Origin: Octopus bimaculoides
Taxonomy: Eukaryota
DNA length: 59,707 nucleotides
Direction of reading: 5' to 3'
Assembly: GCF_001194135.2 (NCBI RefSeq)
Contig: NC_068992.1
Location: 50,033,968-50,093,674, forward strand
Shown piece after piece: positions 55,740 through 59,707 of this stretch (positions are counted from its first letter, which is position 1; every line of letters begins with the position of its first letter). The notes below the pieces were generated by a model. The model was not told where the DNA came from, ran no database searches, and saw only the letters and a program-made list of their open reading frames with translations. A program made the translations under genes and the position numbers.

Positions 55740-56205
55740 CAAGGCAGCGAGCTGGCAGAATTGTTAGCATGCCAGGCAAAATGCTTAGCAGTCTTTCATC
55801 TGCTGCTATGTTCTGAGTTCAAATTCCACTGAGGTCGACTTTGCCTTTCATCCTTTTGGAATCGATAAAATAAGTACCAGTTGAACACTGGGGTCAATGT
55901 AATCAATTAGCCCCCTTCCCCAAAGTTTCAGGCCATGTGCCAAAATTTGAAACCATTATTATTATTATTATTATTATTACTATTATTAAGGTGGCGAGCC
56001 AGCAGAATCGTCAGCACGCCAGACGAAATGCTTAGTGGCATTTTGTCTGTCTTCACATCCCAAGTTCAAATTCTACTGAGGTTGACTTTGCCTTTCATCC
56101 TTTTGGAGATGATAAAATAACTACCAGTTGAGTACTGGGGGTTGATGTAATCAACTTACCCCTCCTTGAAATTGCTGGCCTTGTGCCAAAATTTGAAACT
56201 TATTA
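55740..56205 (+). mobile_element. Two tandem SINE family B copies joined by (ATT)n
   Basis: (tta)n-aaggcagcgagctggcagaa...ttgaaacc-(att)n-aaggtggcgagccagcagaa...ttgaaac-ttattatt. Further plus-strand copies at about 51823-52030 and 52860-53010. Confidence 0.85.
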
Positions 56206-58649
56206 TTATCTTTCAATTTTCTTTCCATTTCTTGCCAAGTGTCTTCCTAACACCTAGGGCAAAGAGACCCAGTGTATACATTGGTAGGCCATTAAAATAA
56301 ACACACCAGATTGTTCATTTACAAGGTCATGTGATAGTGAAAAAAAGAAATTATTATTATTATTATTATCATTATTATTGTGACATATATATAACCTATT
56401 TATTACTGTGGTAAGGAGGGGACAATTTTTTGCTACTTAATCACTAATTTTGACTTTTCTAAGATAAATCTTCAGTGCCACCATTTACAACCTATAATTG
56501 ATAGCAGTTAAACAGAGGACGGAACAGTGGTTTTCCTCAAACGACTTAACCACTTTTGCAGAACTAATGATTTGTTGTAGAAGAAGAAGAAGATGGAGGA
56601 AGAGGAAATGATTAATGGCAGATCTCTTTAAGAAGGTTTCTGCAAATGTCAGTAGATAGGTGCACTGATGCCATTGAACAGGAGCAGAATAATAGGTCAC
56701 TGCACAAATGGGTCATGTAATGTCACCACAGAAAATATGGAAAAAACAAAAAACAAGAATGATTCTCAGTGATTTGTGTTGAATAACACACACATACACA
56801 CATGCATGCAGCTTTGTAAATAGACACATATGTATCTGTCTAAATAGACACGCATAGGTTTGTACCAAAGTATATGGACATTCAGACACTTGCAAAAATA
56901 TAATTTATATTGTTGTTGTTGTTTCCTATGCCTATGTATATATAGGCATATGCATGGCTGTGTGGTTTGAAGCTTGCTTCCAATCCACATGGTTCTGGGT
57001 TCAGTCCCACTGTCTGGCACCTTGGGCAAGTGTCTTCTACTATAGCCTTGGGCTGACCAAACCTCTCTGAGTGGATTTGGTGGATGGAAACTGAAAGAAG
57101 CCTGTTGTGTGTGTGTGTGTGTGTGTGTGTNNNNNNNNNNNNNNNNNNNNNNNNNNNNNNNNNNNNNNNNNNNNNNNNGTGTTTGTTTGTGTGTGTGTGT
57201 GTCATCATCATCATCAACATCATTTAACCTCTATGTTCCATGCTGGTATGGGTTGGAAAGTTTGGTAGGATCAGATGGATCCAAGGTGTGCATTGTGTTC
57301 CAAATGTTTGCTTTGGCACGGTTTCTACAGCTGGATGCTCTACAGGGTGCTTTCTTAATGCCACCAGCATTATTGAGGTCACTGTGCAACTCACACACAT
57401 TACATATATAAATGTTCTGAAATCTTTCACAGCCTTGGATTTTTATCTCATTCTGTTAATTTTATATATATATATATATATATGGAGAGAGAGAGAAATA
57501 AAATCATTGTTTTAGCATCCTCTTTATCTATGCTTGTATGAATCAGAATGAACCCATAAAGGCAGACTTTCTACAACCAGATGCCCTTTCTTTTAAGGGA
57601 AAGTGAGGTTGGTCAATATGATTGACCTTCAATGCTCGACTGGTACTCAGTTCCATTGAATCTGGAGGGATCACTAAAATAAAGAATCACTCAATCTATA
57701 TGGTGGCATATTACAAAAGATGGGGGCACAGTTGATTGAAACGATACCAGTTCATGATTGGTTTTGTTGACCTTTGTAGAATGGAACCCAAAACTGACCT
57801 CAGTAGAATTTGAACCTGGGACATAAACCTACACCACAATGCATTTTGTCTATCACTATCGATCAATTCTACAAAACCAAACCTGTAGATTTTAGGGGTT
57901 TTTTCTGAATAGGGAGCTAGTCTTTCTCCAATAAATTTCCACGACAAGTTGGTATATTACTAAAGTAATGAAAGTTACATTCTTTGTCTAAAATGCCAGT
58001 GCTGTCCAAGTTTTCCCTGGTTTCTCAAGACAGGAAGCTAAACTCTCTCAAAGATGTTGGTGTATTACTAAAGCAATGAGAATTAACATTCTTTGTCTAT
58101 GAATCCAGTTCTGTCTGGTTTTCTTTGCATTATGAACACATAACTCTGAGACTAAACATTCATGACACATACCAGTCACCTTTTAACTATTGTTAATACT
58201 TAAGACTTGATGTCAGTGAGGGCAAGTAACCATGGAAACATTGCTCTACTTACATAGGGTCAACAACACAATTGGATTATGTTCTGCTACAATAGTTGCT
58301 ATAGCAACAATTTACAGCTCAGTGGTGGTGGAAAGCTCCAACTAAACCAAGCTAACACCAGAAGGAAAAGTAGGCACAGAAGAACATCATGAATTAGACT
58401 GAATATTGATTTCTAACAAAAGTGCAAGACCTCAAATATGTGGGAGGGAACAGCTAAAAATATACTGACCACTTATCTATCCCTGTCCCTACCAATACTG
58501 GACTGATAATCTATTTTTATCCATTGCGAAAGAATAAGAGGCAAAGCTAACCTTAGTAAGATTCGAACTCAGAAATGTAAGAGGCAAGATTTAATATTAA
58601 TACAAAATATCAACGTATTGTTAACTGAGTTTTACTGAACTAACAATAA

Positions 58650-58693
<44 letters not shown>

Positions 58694-58702
<9 letters not shown>

Positions 58703-59079
58703 GCACTCTGTTGCTTACGACGTTGAGGGTTCCAGTTGATGCGGTCAACGGAACAGCCTGCTCGTGAAATTAATGTGCAAGTGGCTGAGCACTCCACAGA
58801 CATGTGTACCCTTAACGTGGTTCTCGGGGATATTCAGCGTGACACAGTGTGACAAGGCTGACCCTTTGAATTACAGGCACAACAGAAACAGGAAGAAAGA
58901 GTGAGAGAAAGTTGTGGTGAAAGAGTACAGCAGGGTTCGCCACCATCCCCTGCCAGAGCCTCGTGGAGCTTTAGATGTTTTCGCTCAATAAACACTCACA
59001 ACACCTGGTCTGGGAATCGAAACCGCGATCCTATGACCGTGAGTCCGCTGCCCTAACCACTGGACCATTGTGCCTCCAC
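58694..59079 (-). mobile_element. Full-length SINE family D
   Basis: Colinear with 9663-10035; A and B boxes in the head; tail gagtgccaacaacaa. Confidence 0.9.
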
Positions 59080-59671
59080 ATATGCATGTGTATACCTGTA
59101 AATTCAATGTGATTTTTCAGAGACACACACACCCCTTTAGGGGTAAATAACTTCCTAAGAAGAGGATATGACTCCAGATAAACCCCAAGCCATTTGTTAA
59201 CTAGAGATGAATAAAATAATTATTAGACTAAGTGTCAAGGAAGGGGTTGATATCATTTGCTAAAACCTCTCAAGAAGGTGGTTCAGCATGGCTGCAAATC
59301 AATGATTGAAGTCAGTAAAAGGCTAAAATTTAAAAAAAAAAACAACAAAAAAATTGAAAGAAAGGAGAGGAAAAGAAAAACAGAGAAATAAAAGAAAATT
59401 CTAGGTGAGATTTGAACCTACAACCAGTGTAACACATGATAGTAAACAGAACACTTGCAACATATACCGCTATGTATATCTCATTAACCAGTTTCAGCAC
59501 CTTTCATTGCAGATTTAATACAAAAACAAACAAGTAAACATTAAAAAAAAAAGAGAAATAAAAAAGAGAAAATCGAACAACCATCAACCATAATACTGTT
59601 ACATTTAATTTCCTCTCAGAGTTTCTTTTGTCCATTTGAACAAACAAAACATCGAATACTTTTGGAAATAG

Positions 59672-59707
<36 letters not shown>

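Noticed and set aside
57948-58115. Two diverged direct repeats of about 60 bp
   Set aside because: An ordinary old tandem duplication with no coding or structural signal.

Overview
AT-rich, microsatellite-dense animal genomic DNA with 17 N-gaps. The repeat families look like those of an octopus, most likely a short-read Octopus assembly (inference from recalled repeats, not a database hit). The only protein-coding gene I can support is a death-associated protein kinase (DAPK1-like) on the minus strand. Eight GT-AG exons between 43069 and 4955 splice in frame (934 nt, about 311 aa) and encode nearly the whole kinase domain plus the autoregulatory/calmodulin-binding segment. I did not find the first coding exon or any downstream ankyrin/ROC-COR/death-domain exons in the window. 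The rest is intron, filled with at least four tRNA-derived SINE families (my labels A-D), fragments of Dong/R4 and RTE LINEs, mariner and maT transposon remnants, hAT-, piggyBac- and Merlin-like MITEs, Penelope-like pieces, minisatellites and microsatellites. The most notable observations are: (1) a near-perfect 78-bp-stem hairpin about 130 nt upstream of a DAPK splice acceptor, whose arms contain a complete minimal hammerhead-ribozyme core and its exact antisense; (2) Ala at the position of the human DAPK1 inhibitory Ser308 and AEF instead of the PEF motif; (3) a Merlin-like MITE with a telomere-repeat palindrome near its centre; (4) an (AAT)n tract shared by a Dong element and stacked SINEs, and a strong SINE strand bias. 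Nothing here is proven to be a new biological system; these are testable candidates.
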